This document shows, one piece after another, positions 1-9,317 of a DNA stretch of 64,000 nt. How positions within the stretch are numbered: the stretch's first letter is position 1; every line of letters begins with the position of its first letter. Under the pieces are notes generated by a model. It was not told where the DNA came from and searched no databases. It saw only the letters and a list, made by a program, of their open reading frames with translations. Source of the stretch: an uncultured delta proteobacterium (GTDB lineage Bacteria; Desulfobacterota; WTBG01; CAIYCZ01; CAIRTM01); the NCBI GenBank assembly GCA_963804955.1, contig CAWDSQ010000005.1, forward strand, positions 209,484 through 273,483, in the 5' to 3' direction. The position numbers were made by a program, and so were the translations under genes.

Positions 1-489
1 CGCACTGCTGCGTATAATGACGCCATCAGGAAGGCTGTGCAGAAACGGGCGGGCAAGGTCCATCTGATTGATATCGGACCCTGGCTTACTGATATATTAA
101 CCGACAACGAATCTTATAAAGCAGGGGAAAAGAGCATCACCAGCAAATGGGGCCGCGGCGGCTGGTTTACCCTTGACGGCGTGCATCCCGGCCATACCGG
201 TCAGGCGCTTATTGCCAACAAAATTATTGAGAACATAAACGGGGCCCTGGGCTGGCATGCGCCCCCTGGCGATATGAGTGCCGTTGCTGCAGATGATCCC
301 TATATTGATAATGACGGTGACGGCTGGCCAGCCGGTCCGGATTATGATTCTATCGGTCCCACCGGCATGTTTTTCCTCTTCAAAGATCCCGATGACACTG
401 ACCCTTTAGTGCTGCCCGAGCTTACCGCTGATTTCTGGAGCAGGCTTTCCGACGTCATCAAGCTGATCGCTTTTAAGCAATATCCGTAA
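1..489 (+). CDS. SGNH/GDSL hydrolase family protein, C-terminal part (truncated by window start)
   Basis: Block V motif DGVHP followed by GQALIA; the frame is open back to the window edge; DNDGDG Ca-binding-like motif near the C-terminus. Confidence 0.65.
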   Translation, partial: RTAAYNDAIRKAVQKRAGKVHLIDIGPWLTDILTDNESYKAGEKSITSKWGRGGWFTLDGVHPGHTGQALIANKIIENINGALGWHAPPGDMSAVAADDPYIDNDGDGWPAGPDYDSIGPTGMFFLFKDPDDTDPLVLPELTADFWSRLSDVIKLIAFKQYP

Positions 490-609
490 GAGCTCCACAG
501 AGGGCAACAATGGGTATGCTGTTGCATTTGTTGAATTAAGCAACTGAATTAATCAGGGACAACAGCCACTGCTTAATTTGCAACAATAAAACGGTACCAA
601 TACTGTTGG

Positions 610-647
610 AGAGGGAAGGGCGCTGCAGAGCAGGTCCTCAGAGCCTG
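610..647. repeat. 38-bp direct repeat, copy 1
   Basis: agagggaagggcgctgcagagcaggtcctcagagcctg matches 1447-1484 at 32/38 positions. Confidence 0.75.
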
Positions 648-678
648 ACGTATCAAGGCCGGGCTGCGGCAGCGAGCT

Positions 679-1278
679 TTATTTATGCCGCCGGGATTGC
701 TGTAATAAATAAAACAGGAGCATCTTGCGGTCTATAGCGTTTTGGTCGAGATTGCCATCGCTGTAATCAAGCAGGTGGTCATGCTTTGGTGTGTCAGCCC
801 CCGGCGCCTGCGTGTCCGTGCAGGCAGGGTCAAAAATTTCAGAAGGGTAGCCCTGCCAGGCTGGGCTTGTGAACCCGCTGCTGCCGGCAGTGTAATAAAC
901 GGTAAAGTCCGCTGCGCAGTTGGTAAAAACATCAGCCCCCATCAGTGGCGCATTCCCGCTGAAAAATGCGCTTGTGAGGTTGGCGCAATCAGAAAATGCC
1001 GCATCCTCAATGCTGGTAACGCTGTTCAGGATAAGTATGCTCTCCAGGCTCAACTGCCCGGCAAAAGCACAATTCCCAATGGTGGCAACCGGCTTATTGT
1101 CAATGGTATCCGGGATTACAACAGACCCGCCAGAACCGGTATAGCCGGTGATTATGATTGCGGCAGTGCCGCTCGATACCGTATATGTAAAATCAACCAG
1201 CTGCGCTGCAAAGGCCGACGGCAACAGAAACACACAACCGGTTAAGGTTACAATGAATGCCGTTTTTCTGAAGTGCAT
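679..1278 (-). CDS. Secreted BspA-type (LRR_5) leucine-rich repeat protein
   Basis: Signal peptide; ITGYTG..VVIPDTIDNKPVATIG..AF, SVTSIEDAAFSDCANLTSAFFSGNAP repeats. Confidence 0.8.
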   Translation of the reverse strand: MHFRKTAFIVTLTGCVFLLPSAFAAQLVDFTYTVSSGTAAIIITGYTGSGGSVVIPDTIDNKPVATIGNCAFAGQLSLESILILNSVTSIEDAAFSDCANLTSAFFSGNAPLMGADVFTNCAADFTVYYTAGSSGFTSPAWQGYPSEIFDPACTDTQAPGADTPKHDHLLDYSDGNLDQNAIDRKMLLFYLLQQSRRHK

Positions 1279-1446
1279 AGGGCCCTCTTTGGAATCTGTT
1301 TATTCCCGTTCACTAACAAGCCATAAACCAATGAGCTTGTCGGTCAACGCCACACTCTTTACTATCAGTATAGCATGGAATAAAGAAGGCGGAATTAACC
1401 GGGAGAAAGCATACTGACTCTTCACCCTCATCCCCGTAAGTGGCGC

Positions 1447-1484
1447 AGAGGGAATGTCTCTGCAGAGCAGATCTTAAGAGCCTG
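1447..1484. repeat. 38-bp direct repeat, copy 2
   Basis: agagggaatgtctctgcagagcagatcttaagagcctg matches 610-647. Confidence 0.75.
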
Positions 1485-1632
1485 CCGCCCGCACAGGAGC
1501 AATTTCTTTGACACAGCAGGCGGGCATAGCCTATACTGAATAAATTAACCGTTGATTTGCATGGCTGGCGCAGCCCACTCTACGGTCTTTGTTTCTTTGA
1601 ATTATGTAACCCCACGTGTAAGGAGTAAGGTA

Positions 1633-1998
1633 ATGAAGGTGGTCCATAGTTTTATATTTATAAGTGCTGTACTGTTTGCCTGTACCGTCGCGCCTGTTCT
1701 GGCCCAGCAGGCAGAGAAGCCAACTACATCGGCTCTATTTGAGAAGGCTAAAAAACCTGCCAAGCCTCCAGTAACAGGCAAAATCAATATAAATACCGCA
1801 ACGGCAGAGCAGCTTGCAATGCTGCCCGGCGTCAGCATGAGAAAGGCCCAGGGGCTTATTGACTACCGCACCAAAAACGGTACGTTCAAAGATATAGAAG
1901 ACCTCCGAAAAATGCCGGGCATCAAGCAGAAAAGAATTGATAAGGTTAAAGAGTATTTAATATTTGACGGCGAGACAACACTGAAAGCCGTACAATAA
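1633..1998 (+). CDS. comEA: ComEA family helix-hairpin-helix DNA-binding protein
   Basis: KININTATAEQLAMLPGV..KA..IDYR..NG.F..IEDL..PGI; signal peptide; SD AGGAG; TTGACA-18-TATACT promoter at 1508-1537. Confidence 0.85.
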   Translation: MKVVHSFIFISAVLFACTVAPVLAQQAEKPTTSALFEKAKKPAKPPVTGKININTATAEQLAMLPGVSMRKAQGLIDYRTKNGTFKDIEDLRKMPGIKQKRIDKVKEYLIFDGETTLKAVQ

Positions 1999-2014
1999 GA
2001 GCTGCTGTAAAAAC

Positions 2015-2049
2015 AAAAAAGGCGGAGTCGTAGTCGGCTCCGCCTTTTT
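2015..2049. terminator. Rho-independent terminator (bidirectional)
   Basis: aaaaaggcggagtcg-tagt-cggctccgccttttt. Confidence 0.75.
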
Positions 2050-2240
2050 CCTGGCCCCCCTTTTTTTATCGCCGCCGGCCATAAGCACGGCAGCCTGCGA
2101 ATGAACCTCGTTATGCGCATGTTTATATTTAACTTGACGCACAATCGCCCCCAATTTATAGTCTGTCCGTATCAATGAAAGTTCCCGGTAGCCATTCCTG
2201 GCAGTCTCCCGCACTTCATAGCATAAGGAGGGACCCTTCC

Positions 2241-3026
2241 ATGACAGGAGTAAAAGCTTTTTTTACCGTACTGCTCATAATGCCGTTAGGGCATGCACTG
2301 ACGGTTCTTGCCTTAAAAGCACCCCCACAGGGGCAAATTTTTATTGCATGTGCCGGCATACTTGCAGCAACCATCCTTATTTATCTGACAAAATATATTG
2401 CATCTCCTGCCTGGGAAACTTTTGCCGGTATGGTTAGCGGCGTTATTTTATGGGCGAGTCTGGTGGAGATCGGGGTAAAATTAGGGGCGCAAGCAATTTT
2501 TGTTGAAGAAAAAAAAGTGGTTGAATTGTCTCTGGCAATCATTATACCACTGCTGCTGTACCTGGCTTTTAACGAACAGATACGGTGCAATTTTTTCATT
2601 TCCTTGAGGAAGGCTTTGCATCTTACCCGGGGGGAACTGCCGGAGATAGCAATAGATAATTGGGGGCCTCGAGCAGCTTTTAAAATGTTTGCCATTATCT
2701 GGATAGGGCATGTGGCGCTTTTTTTTGCCTATGACAATGATTTTTTCGGGCCGCAGGGGCTGTTTTGCAAACTGTTTTTTCTGTTCTGCCTTGTGTCCGG
2801 GATATACCTTTTTTACAGATTAACCAGGGCGCAGGAGATGGGTTTTGCTTTTCGCTATGCAATGCCCACCGTGATTGTTCTATGGAGCTGCATTGAAACT
2901 CTGGTAAAATGGAAAATCTTTTCTGAGCCATGGATAACTTTAAACCCCGTTTTTTTGACACTGGTGGTCCTGACATTTGCAGGGGTTCTTGTTGTTATAA
3001 AATACACGGCATCAGAAAAGAAATAG
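2241..3026 (+). CDS. Hypothetical integral membrane protein (about 8 TM helices)
   Basis: Many hydrophobic segments; SD AAGGAGG; TTGACG-17-TATAGT promoter at 2134-2162. Confidence 0.75.
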   Translation: MTGVKAFFTVLLIMPLGHALTVLALKAPPQGQIFIACAGILAATILIYLTKYIASPAWETFAGMVSGVILWASLVEIGVKLGAQAIFVEEKKVVELSLAIIIPLLLYLAFNEQIRCNFFISLRKALHLTRGELPEIAIDNWGPRAAFKMFAIIWIGHVALFFAYDNDFFGPQGLFCKLFFLFCLVSGIYLFYRLTRAQEMGFAFRYAMPTVIVLWSCIETLVKWKIFSEPWITLNPVFLTLVVLTFAGVLVVIKYTASEKK

Positions 3027-3097
3027 GGCTGCTCTCCCGGACTGTATCGGGGGAATATTTGGGGCAACCAGGTACATGCCTGAAATAGTAACGTACG

Positions 3098-3135
3098 AAA
3101 GCGGTTGCGGCAATGTGCTGCAACCGCTTTTTTTT
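3098..3135. terminator. Terminator between convergent genes
   Basis: aaagcggttgcggca..tgctgcaaccgctttttttt. Confidence 0.75.
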
Positions 3136-3160
3136 CAAATGAAAAGGGGGTTGTGGTTTT

Positions 3161-3508
3161 CTAGTACTTCACCCCGAGAACATCGAAGACTTTCAAAATT
3201 TCCGGCAGGTGTGCGAATGCCGGGCCGCCGGCCATGAGCACGGCAACGCCTGCTGCCTCAAGAATCTCTTTGGGCATGGCGCCCTCCTGCACGGCAGCCT
3301 GCGTGTGCTGATACATGCAGGGCTTGCAGTGGCTGGCAACGGCAATCCCCAGAGCGATCAGCTCCTTCTGCTTTTTGTCAAGAGCGCCGGGCTCCATGAC
3401 TTTTTCGTGCAAAGCATAAAATCCCCGGTAGGTTTCGGGAATATGTTTTGACATTTTCTGTTTGGTTTTTGCAACATCCCTGAAAAAATCCTGCACATCA
3501 TTTGTCAT
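3161..3508 (-). CDS. Carboxymuconolactone decarboxylase / AhpD-like protein
   Basis: GALDKKQKELIALGIAVASHCKPC..H..AA..GA..EI.EA..VA.LMAGGPA. Confidence 0.85.
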   Translation of the reverse strand: MTNDVQDFFRDVAKTKQKMSKHIPETYRGFYALHEKVMEPGALDKKQKELIALGIAVASHCKPCMYQHTQAAVQEGAMPKEILEAAGVAVLMAGGPAFAHLPEILKVFDVLGVKY

Positions 3509-4115
3509 CGTCTGTATTTCCTTTCCCTGCAAGAGGATTTTCCTTTATAAGGCGCATCCAGTACGAGGAGTACAGCGCTCCTGCCGGGTTATTGACAAGC
3601 ACGCGGTCCTTGACGATCACCGTACTGACAGGCGCTGCCGAATGTTTATTAAAAAGCATGTCATGGCCCAGGCACAGGCCCACTAGAAGATTTAGCTCTG
3701 TACCGGCACGGTTTAAAATATCAGCCTGCCCCACGGGGTTGCATATGACCTCGGCAGCATTTTCCCGCACTTTGGGCAGGTTGAAATCATCCTTTGCTAT
3801 GCCGCAGAGCTTGCAGCAGGCAGAGGTTATCTCGAAGTGGGGGGCAAGCAGCTCCTCCAGCAGCCGCGCCTCGCGGTGCAGCCCTGCGCAAAAGGCCATG
3901 CCCAGATGCCGGTAGCCCATCTTTTTTCCAAAGACTATCACCTCCTGCACGCGCGGCAGCATCATATAGCCCTCGGCCTCCAGCGCTGCCGCGGCTCCCA
4001 TGATCGCAAGCGCCTGCGGATCATTTTTGTACAGGTCTGCAATCCCGCCCTTGTCGCCGGTGCAGTCCTTGCCTTTGGTATAGCAATCAAGCGTTTTACA
4101 GCGTGCGCAATCCAT
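3498..4115 (-). CDS. DUF1847 family Cys-rich metal-binding protein
   Basis: CxxC..C start; PRVQE..GMAFC.GL..EA; CCK.CG; CNPVGQA; GLCLGHD; VKDRVL..NP. Confidence 0.85.
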   Translation of the reverse strand: MDCARCKTLDCYTKGKDCTGDKGGIADLYKNDPQALAIMGAAAALEAEGYMMLPRVQEVIVFGKKMGYRHLGMAFCAGLHREARLLEELLAPHFEITSACCKLCGIAKDDFNLPKVRENAAEVICNPVGQADILNRAGTELNLLVGLCLGHDMLFNKHSAAPVSTVIVKDRVLVNNPAGALYSSYWMRLIKENPLAGKGNTDDDK

Positions 4116-4169
4116 AGTTCTCCTTATCGCAGCTTAATTTATTCTCGGAGCTTAAAGTACAGTTGGCAG

Positions 4170-4240
4170 GTCATTCTGAGCGCAGCGAAAAATCTCGCGG
4201 TTTATTGAACTCAGAGATCCTTCGCTGCGCTCAGGATGAC
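4170..4240. repeat. Palindromic intergenic element
   Basis: gtcattctgagcgcagcgaa...ttcgctgcgctcaggatgac inverted arms. Confidence 0.8.
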
Positions 4241-4288
4241 ATTTGAAAGCTTTTCGTACAGGCTCTTCGGCCTTGAGTTCAAGTTGCA

Positions 4289-5611
4289 TTATGCATGTTC
4301 ATCCGGTTTGATTTTTACCGCAACCCCTGTTTTTTGCTTTTCCTTCCAGGCTTCATCTGTTGTTTGCTGCTGTATGGCGGCAATCTTTTGAACAAGTGCC
4401 GGGTTTTTGCTCTGAATCTCAGGCAGCAGCTTCTGAAAAAAAGCGCCCAGAAGCTGCTGGGCTTTTCTGGGCTCCATGGAAGCGATGATTTCACCGGGCA
4501 TATACGAAAAAAATTCGTCAAGTTCATCAGCGGTCAGGAGTTCGAACATATTGGCGCCGCCGGGCACTTTTATATAATTGACGAAATTCTCTGTCCACCA
4601 GCTGCGGTAGGGCAGATACACCTCATCGCCCCGGAGCCTGTTGTGCAGGGCGGTATGGATGCACGCTGCCGCCTTTGCGCCGGTAAGGGCGGCATGAGTA
4701 TTGCTGGTCTGGCCGAACCATGCGCCATCGCCTGCAATAAACACATTGTCCCGGCAGGGGTTTTTAAGCGGCTCCAAAAGAGTAAGAATGCAGGCAGACC
4801 GCCGGAGCACTGTAACAGTATTGAAATACCGTGAAAGGGCTGAGCTGTTTTGCACCTGTTCAAATCGTTTCTGATACGCGGGCTTGCGGGCAAAGCCGCT
4901 GATTATCACGCTCCACTCCCCCGGTTCAACACTCGGGCATATGCAGAAGACCGAAGGGTCATCGCTTCCCTCCAGCAGATGGATATGGGCGGCCTCTTCC
5001 GGCTCAAATCCCGTGATATGCCAGCAGGCCGCGGTTAGCGTGCCGTAAAATTTCCGTTCACGGTTAAAGCCGGCAAAGCGTGCGCACAGAGAATTGTGAC
5101 CGTCGGCGGCTATAAGAAACCGTGCCCGGAAGCTGTCTTTGCTGGTATGAACAGTCACACCCTCCGGCGAGGTATCAACGCCGGTAACATTCCGGTCCGG
5201 AAAGAAAGAAACGCCCGCTGCACGTGCGCGGTCCAGGTTTTCCTCAAGGTAGCGGCCCTTGTCAAAGACAAGATGCACCGGAAGATTGTTTTCCCTGACC
5301 AGCTTCATGCGGTTGCCGCTGCGTGAAATATTTATGAAGCTGGGAACGTCGCGGGTTTTTCCGGAGTAGGAAAGGGAAAAATTATTATGTTTAAAGTCGA
5401 TGGCGCCTTTTTCCTTATTAATGGTGATGCTGTCTCCAAAGTAAAACTCATCATACAGAAGCCCTTCCGAGCAGGCACGGGTAAGAGGGGCAAGCCTGCT
5501 GCGGCGCTCAATCAGGGCTGTTTTCAGCCCGAGAGATGAAGCCTTCAAAGCCGCGCCAAGCCCTGCCGGGCCTGCGCCGGCAATAATGAGATCATAGTTT
5601 TTCATGCGCAT
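4289..5611 (-). CDS. FAD-dependent oxidoreductase, geranylgeranyl reductase-like
   Basis: YDLIIAGAGPAG Rossmann motif; IAADG..S; IAGDGA. Confidence 0.8.
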   Translation of the reverse strand: MRMKNYDLIIAGAGPAGLGAALKASSLGLKTALIERRSRLAPLTRACSEGLLYDEFYFGDSITINKEKGAIDFKHNNFSLSYSGKTRDVPSFINISRSGNRMKLVRENNLPVHLVFDKGRYLEENLDRARAAGVSFFPDRNVTGVDTSPEGVTVHTSKDSFRARFLIAADGHNSLCARFAGFNRERKFYGTLTAACWHITGFEPEEAAHIHLLEGSDDPSVFCICPSVEPGEWSVIISGFARKPAYQKRFEQVQNSSALSRYFNTVTVLRRSACILTLLEPLKNPCRDNVFIAGDGAWFGQTSNTHAALTGAKAAACIHTALHNRLRGDEVYLPYRSWWTENFVNYIKVPGGANMFELLTADELDEFFSYMPGEIIASMEPRKAQQLLGAFFQKLLPEIQSKNPALVQKIAAIQQQTTDEAWKEKQKTGVAVKIKPDEHA

Positions 5612-5644
5612 ATCCCTTTCATACTAGAGGGCCGTCAACCGGCA

Positions 5645-5948
5645 TTATTTCTTTGTATACCGCTCATAGGAGAGTTTGGTCGGAGGCAGAGGCATTTTGT
5701 GCAGCTTCTTTAAATGAAAATGACTGTTGAGCGCTATGATTCTGGCAGCCACTAGTATCGTTACCGTAACAAACATGAGCAGTATCGGATTATTTTGAAA
5801 CAGCTGCAACCTGAAAATAAAAAAATAAACTGCCGCGCCCAGTATGCTGGCAGTAGCGTAAAATCCGGATTTCAGTACCTCGGACACCTCTGAGACCAGA
5901 AGGCCCGGGATAGGGGGAATGAATTATGCCTATCGGCGTCAGCTGCAT
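5645..5948 (-). pseudogene. Chimeric remnant: TrmO/TsaA-like N-terminus joined out of frame to the C-terminal part of a TRIC/UPF0126 membrane protein
   Basis: MQLTPIGIIHSPY from 5948, then in a shifted frame LLVSEVSEVLKSGFYATASILGAAVY..ARIIAL. Confidence 0.55.
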
Positions 5949-5950
5949 GT

Positions 5951-6571
5951 TCAGGCCGCGGCCTTTTTCCATATGTTTTTTTGCGCACCTTCGGTGGGGT
6001 GAATCCACAGGTACGTGATTTCCCCGGGCTCGATTTTTATCAGGTTAAAGCGTTTCAGGGCCTTGATGATTCCCTCATCAAAACTGTCGGCCGCCTGCCC
6101 CGGGGCAGCAAGCCTTTCGGTCATGATTTTCGCCGCCGCAGCATAGACGCCCATGATTTTGAGCCGCTCGATAAATTCCTGTTCATGTCCGGCATAGGGT
6201 ATGAGACTGGCCGTGCCGCTTATCTGCAGGCTGCGGTTAAGCACGCTGTGGTCAACGGGATGGTATATGCCGACGGCCACCTTCGGGTTTGAGCGGATAT
6301 TGCGGATTTTGAGGCCCGGCTCGCCGGCCAGCCAGAGGGTCAGGCCGTCGACGAAAAAGTCGATGGGTGTAGCGCGCGGCATGCCGTCATGCACGGTGCA
6401 CAGCACGCAGGCAAGGCCGTGCTTGAGCGGGCAGCCCGGCTTGTCGGTGGCGCCGGGCTTCGAGCTTGCATCATCAAGAAACGCGCGTATTTCCTTTTCC
6501 AGCTCCTGGCGGGTCATGGTGTTTTTGTGGATATGGTCCGCCAGGGTTGATTTTTTCTGGGCATCGCTCAT
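5951..6571 (-). CDS. Pyridoxamine 5'-phosphate oxidase-like FMN-binding split-barrel protein
   Basis: VLCTV..GMPRATPI; KIRNIRSNPKVAV; SLQISGTA. Confidence 0.75.
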   Translation of the reverse strand: MSDAQKKSTLADHIHKNTMTRQELEKEIRAFLDDASSKPGATDKPGCPLKHGLACVLCTVHDGMPRATPIDFFVDGLTLWLAGEPGLKIRNIRSNPKVAVGIYHPVDHSVLNRSLQISGTASLIPYAGHEQEFIERLKIMGVYAAAAKIMTERLAAPGQAADSFDEGIIKALKRFNLIKIEPGEITYLWIHPTEGAQKNIWKKAAA

Positions 6572-6758
6572 GATGAAATCTCCTTACAAGGTACTGCTGA
6601 TTAGGGTCTCACCGGTCTTCATATTTAAAATTATGAGCAGGGGGCCCGGTGGGTCGGGCAGGCCCGAGGCTGCCGCAAGCACCGCGAGTATCTTTTTTTT
6701 AACGAAAGCCCTTGAAGCCTTTCGGTTCCGCCCACGCCGCACTCCTATTTGAATGCTG

Positions 6759-7676
6759 CTAGCTGAATATTTTCTGAAAGAATGATTTTTCAGGCCCCTT
6801 TGAAAGGAGAGCTTCCCAGGCGTCGGCAATGCCCGCAAACGCCGCCGTTGCAGGTGATGCGGGATGATTTGTTACAAAGGGCTTTCCCTCATCGCCGCAC
6901 ACAACCATGGCCGGATCAAGGGGCACGCGGCCCAGAAAGGGTACCTTCATTGTTTTGGCGATGTTTTCTCCTCCCCCGACCTTGAACAGATCAATCTCTT
7001 TGCCGCAATGCGGGCACAGCATGCCGCTCATGTTCTCCACGACCCCGATCAGGGGGATTTTGAGCTCCTTGCAAAAAGAGATGCTTTTTTTCGAGTCAAG
7101 CAGGGCCACATCCTGAGGCGTGGTGACGATCACCGCGCCGTCGATAGTCCCTATGGTATGCGCGATGCTCAGAGCCTCATCCCCCGTGCCCGGCGGCAGA
7201 TCGATAATCAGATAATCAAGTGCGCCCCAGCGCACATCGCCAAGAAACTGTTTGATCACTCCATGCTTCATGGGGCCGCGCCATACAACGGCATGCTCTT
7301 CACTTTTGAGAAAGAACCCGACTGACATGACATGCAGATTATCCGCAGCGCAGACAGGCAGCATGCCCGCTCCGGGTGATGCTTCGGGCCGATCCTGATC
7401 AAGGCCGAACATTTTAGGGATATTGGGCCCATGCATGTCGGCATCAAGAATGCCGACCTTTTTGCCCCGGCCGGCGAGAGTTGCCGCGAGATTCACCGCG
7501 ACCGAGCTCTTGCCCACTCCGCCCTTGCCGGAGAGGACCATGAATTTTTTTCCGATAGCGCCCATTGCACGGGCAATGCGCTCCTGCTCCTGCCGCTGTT
7601 TCTCTTCCTGCGAGCAGGCTGATGCGCTGCCGCAGCTCTGGCAGCTTGAGCCGCCGTCGCATGTACTGTCTGACAT
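6759..7676 (-). CDS. mrp: Mrp/NBP35 (ApbC) Fe-S cluster carrier ATPase
   Basis: SGKGGVGKS, DADMHGPN, WRGP, DLPPGTGD, VTTPQ, ENMSG..CPHC. Confidence 0.92.
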   Translation of the reverse strand: MSDSTCDGGSSCQSCGSASACSQEEKQRQEQERIARAMGAIGKKFMVLSGKGGVGKSSVAVNLAATLAGRGKKVGILDADMHGPNIPKMFGLDQDRPEASPGAGMLPVCAADNLHVMSVGFFLKSEEHAVVWRGPMKHGVIKQFLGDVRWGALDYLIIDLPPGTGDEALSIAHTIGTIDGAVIVTTPQDVALLDSKKSISFCKELKIPLIGVVENMSGMLCPHCGKEIDLFKVGGGENIAKTMKVPFLGRVPLDPAMVVCGDEGKPFVTNHPASPATAAFAGIADAWEALLSKGPEKSFFQKIFS

Positions 7677-7792
7677 ATACATTTTCTCCGTCAACAAATT
7701 TTTGAGCGTATCTTCTTAGCAAAGGTCCTTTCCGCCGCGGCGGATGAGGTATCTTTGGTTTTAGCCGTCTGTGCAAACAATTATTTGCTCTA

Positions 7793-8224
7793 TCACTGCA
7801 GCCGGTGCTGCATGCGGCCCCTGCCCAAACCGCGGCCCTCGCCGCCGCCTTCGCGGACCTCGGGCTGCACGGCAAAAGCAAACAGCGCGAACAAAAGGCA
7901 CACTAGCATAAAAACAGCCGCAAGCACTTTTGCGGATAGCCGCCCCGAAATCATGGCGCGGGCCGTGCCGGCTATCCAGCTGATGTGCAGAATTATATGG
8001 GCTGCCAGCAGGCCTGCCAGGCAGAGGCCGAGCCACAGATGCAGCGTACCCCATTCGTGCCGGTCAAGGCCAAGAAAAAAAAGATCGACATTGCGGCCAT
8101 ACACGACAAACCGCTCTTTGCCCGGTATGAGCACGAATTTCATGAGAAAACCGATTCCCGCCAGCGCGGCTCCGCACAGGAGCATGGCGGCATCAATAAT
8201 GAAATATACCCGTGATTTGCTCAT
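7793..8224 (-). CDS. DUF4405 family membrane protein (cytochrome b-like His residues)
   Basis: LGLDRHEWGTLHLWLG..AHIILH.SWI. Confidence 0.75.
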   Translation of the reverse strand: MSKSRVYFIIDAAMLLCGAALAGIGFLMKFVLIPGKERFVVYGRNVDLFFLGLDRHEWGTLHLWLGLCLAGLLAAHIILHISWIAGTARAMISGRLSAKVLAAVFMLVCLLFALFAFAVQPEVREGGGEGRGLGRGRMQHRLQ

Positions 8225-8258
8225 AACCCCCTCCTTCCAAGGTTGCAAAAACGGAAGC

Positions 8259-8332
8259 GCAGGGGCTCAAAATTTGAGCCCCTAAGCCAATTTGAGCCCT
8301 TACAGCCAAATTCAGCCCACAGCCAATTTCAG
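8259..8332. repeat. REP-like palindrome followed by degenerate 18-19 bp tandem copies
   Basis: gcaggggctcaaaatttgagccccta, then agccaatttgagccct, cagccaaattcagccc, cagccaatttcag; related palindrome at 62205-62233. Confidence 0.6.
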
Positions 8333-8694
8333 TGGCAGCTGTGGGACGCGCAGGCATTGTTCACAGTCAGCTCTTCCAGATCCTCTGCGTTGAAGGTTCC
8401 GATAATAGTATCCACCGTGCCGGGCACGGCCCTGAACACCTTGATGCCCTGAGCATTGAGCATCATGACAGCCCGTGCGCCCATGCCGCCGGTCACCACA
8501 ACATCCACAGATCTTCCCTGCAGCGCGGCCACAGGATTGCAGGTGCCGTGCTCATGATGGCTGTTGGCGTTATCGATAATTTCAAGGGCCAGGGAATCGG
8601 TGTCGTAAATGGTAAAATACGGCGCGCTGCCGAAGTGGCCGTACACCTGGGCTGTTTTTCCTTCTCCTGTTTCCGTGGGAATGCAAATTTTCAT
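8329..8694 (-). CDS. NifB/NifX family Fe-Mo cofactor-binding domain protein
   Basis: MKICIP..HFGSAPYF..GGMGARA..GIKVF; His/Cys-rich tail. Confidence 0.88.
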   Translation of the reverse strand: MKICIPTETGEGKTAQVYGHFGSAPYFTIYDTDSLALEIIDNANSHHEHGTCNPVAALQGRSVDVVVTGGMGARAVMMLNAQGIKVFRAVPGTVDTIIGTFNAEDLEELTVNNACASHSCH

Positions 8695-8722
8695 TCTGGT
8701 ATCCTCTCCTGCTGTTTTTTTG

Positions 8723-9022
8723 TTATGCGGTTTGTTTACCGGGGGCGCTCCCCGAAATTTTCAAAGCCTTGCCGTTGACAAGGGCATCGGCAACTTTACT
8801 GCGGGCTTTATGTACAATAGTGGCAAAAGTCTGACGCGAAATTTTCATGCGCCGTGCGGCATCTGCCTGATACAGGCCCTCAAGGTCGGCAAGCCGCAGG
8901 GCTTCAAATTCATCAAGGCTGAGCTCTGTTTCCTCAAGCTCGCACAGGGGCACCGCCCGAGGTTTGAAATAGATGGCCCCCGGCTCACCTTCAATATGTC
9001 TGCACTTACAGGGCCTGGGCAT
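8723..9022 (-). CDS. DUF134 HTH DNA-binding protein
   Basis: MPRPCKCR..YFKP..DEFEALRLAD.EGLYQ..AA..M.ISRQTF..ARSKVADALV.GK. Confidence 0.9.
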   Translation of the reverse strand: MPRPCKCRHIEGEPGAIYFKPRAVPLCELEETELSLDEFEALRLADLEGLYQADAARRMKISRQTFATIVHKARSKVADALVNGKALKISGSAPGKQTA

Positions 9023-9213
9023 GAAATTGTCTCCTTGGAATTATTAGCATATGCTACAAACATACGACGTGTTGCGCCTTATGTCAAGGACTGCAGCAAA
9101 AATTTGTGTTATACTGTTTGTCTTGACAGGTATAATTTTTTATGAGATATTTAAAAGTATAAAGATCTAAAGCAATACAGTTTAATTTAAAATCCAGTAA
9201 GACCGACGAATAG

Positions 9214-9254
9214 AAAGCCCATGGGATTTAGATTAATCTCACGGGCTTTTTTTT
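9214..9254 (+). terminator. Terminator-like hairpin inside the 5' leader of the RRM gene
   Basis: aaagcccatgggatt-tagatt-aatctcacgggctttttttt, lying between TTGACA at 9123 and ATG at 9318. Confidence 0.65.
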
Positions 9255-9317
9255 GACCGGAAACTTTAGATGAATAGTTTGCAGGCAAACGCAGTTAACC
9301 TACAGGGAGCTCGTAGT

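Noticed and set aside
8259..8332. Possible mini-CRISPR array
   Set aside because: Degenerate adjacent tandem units with no spacers and no cas genes
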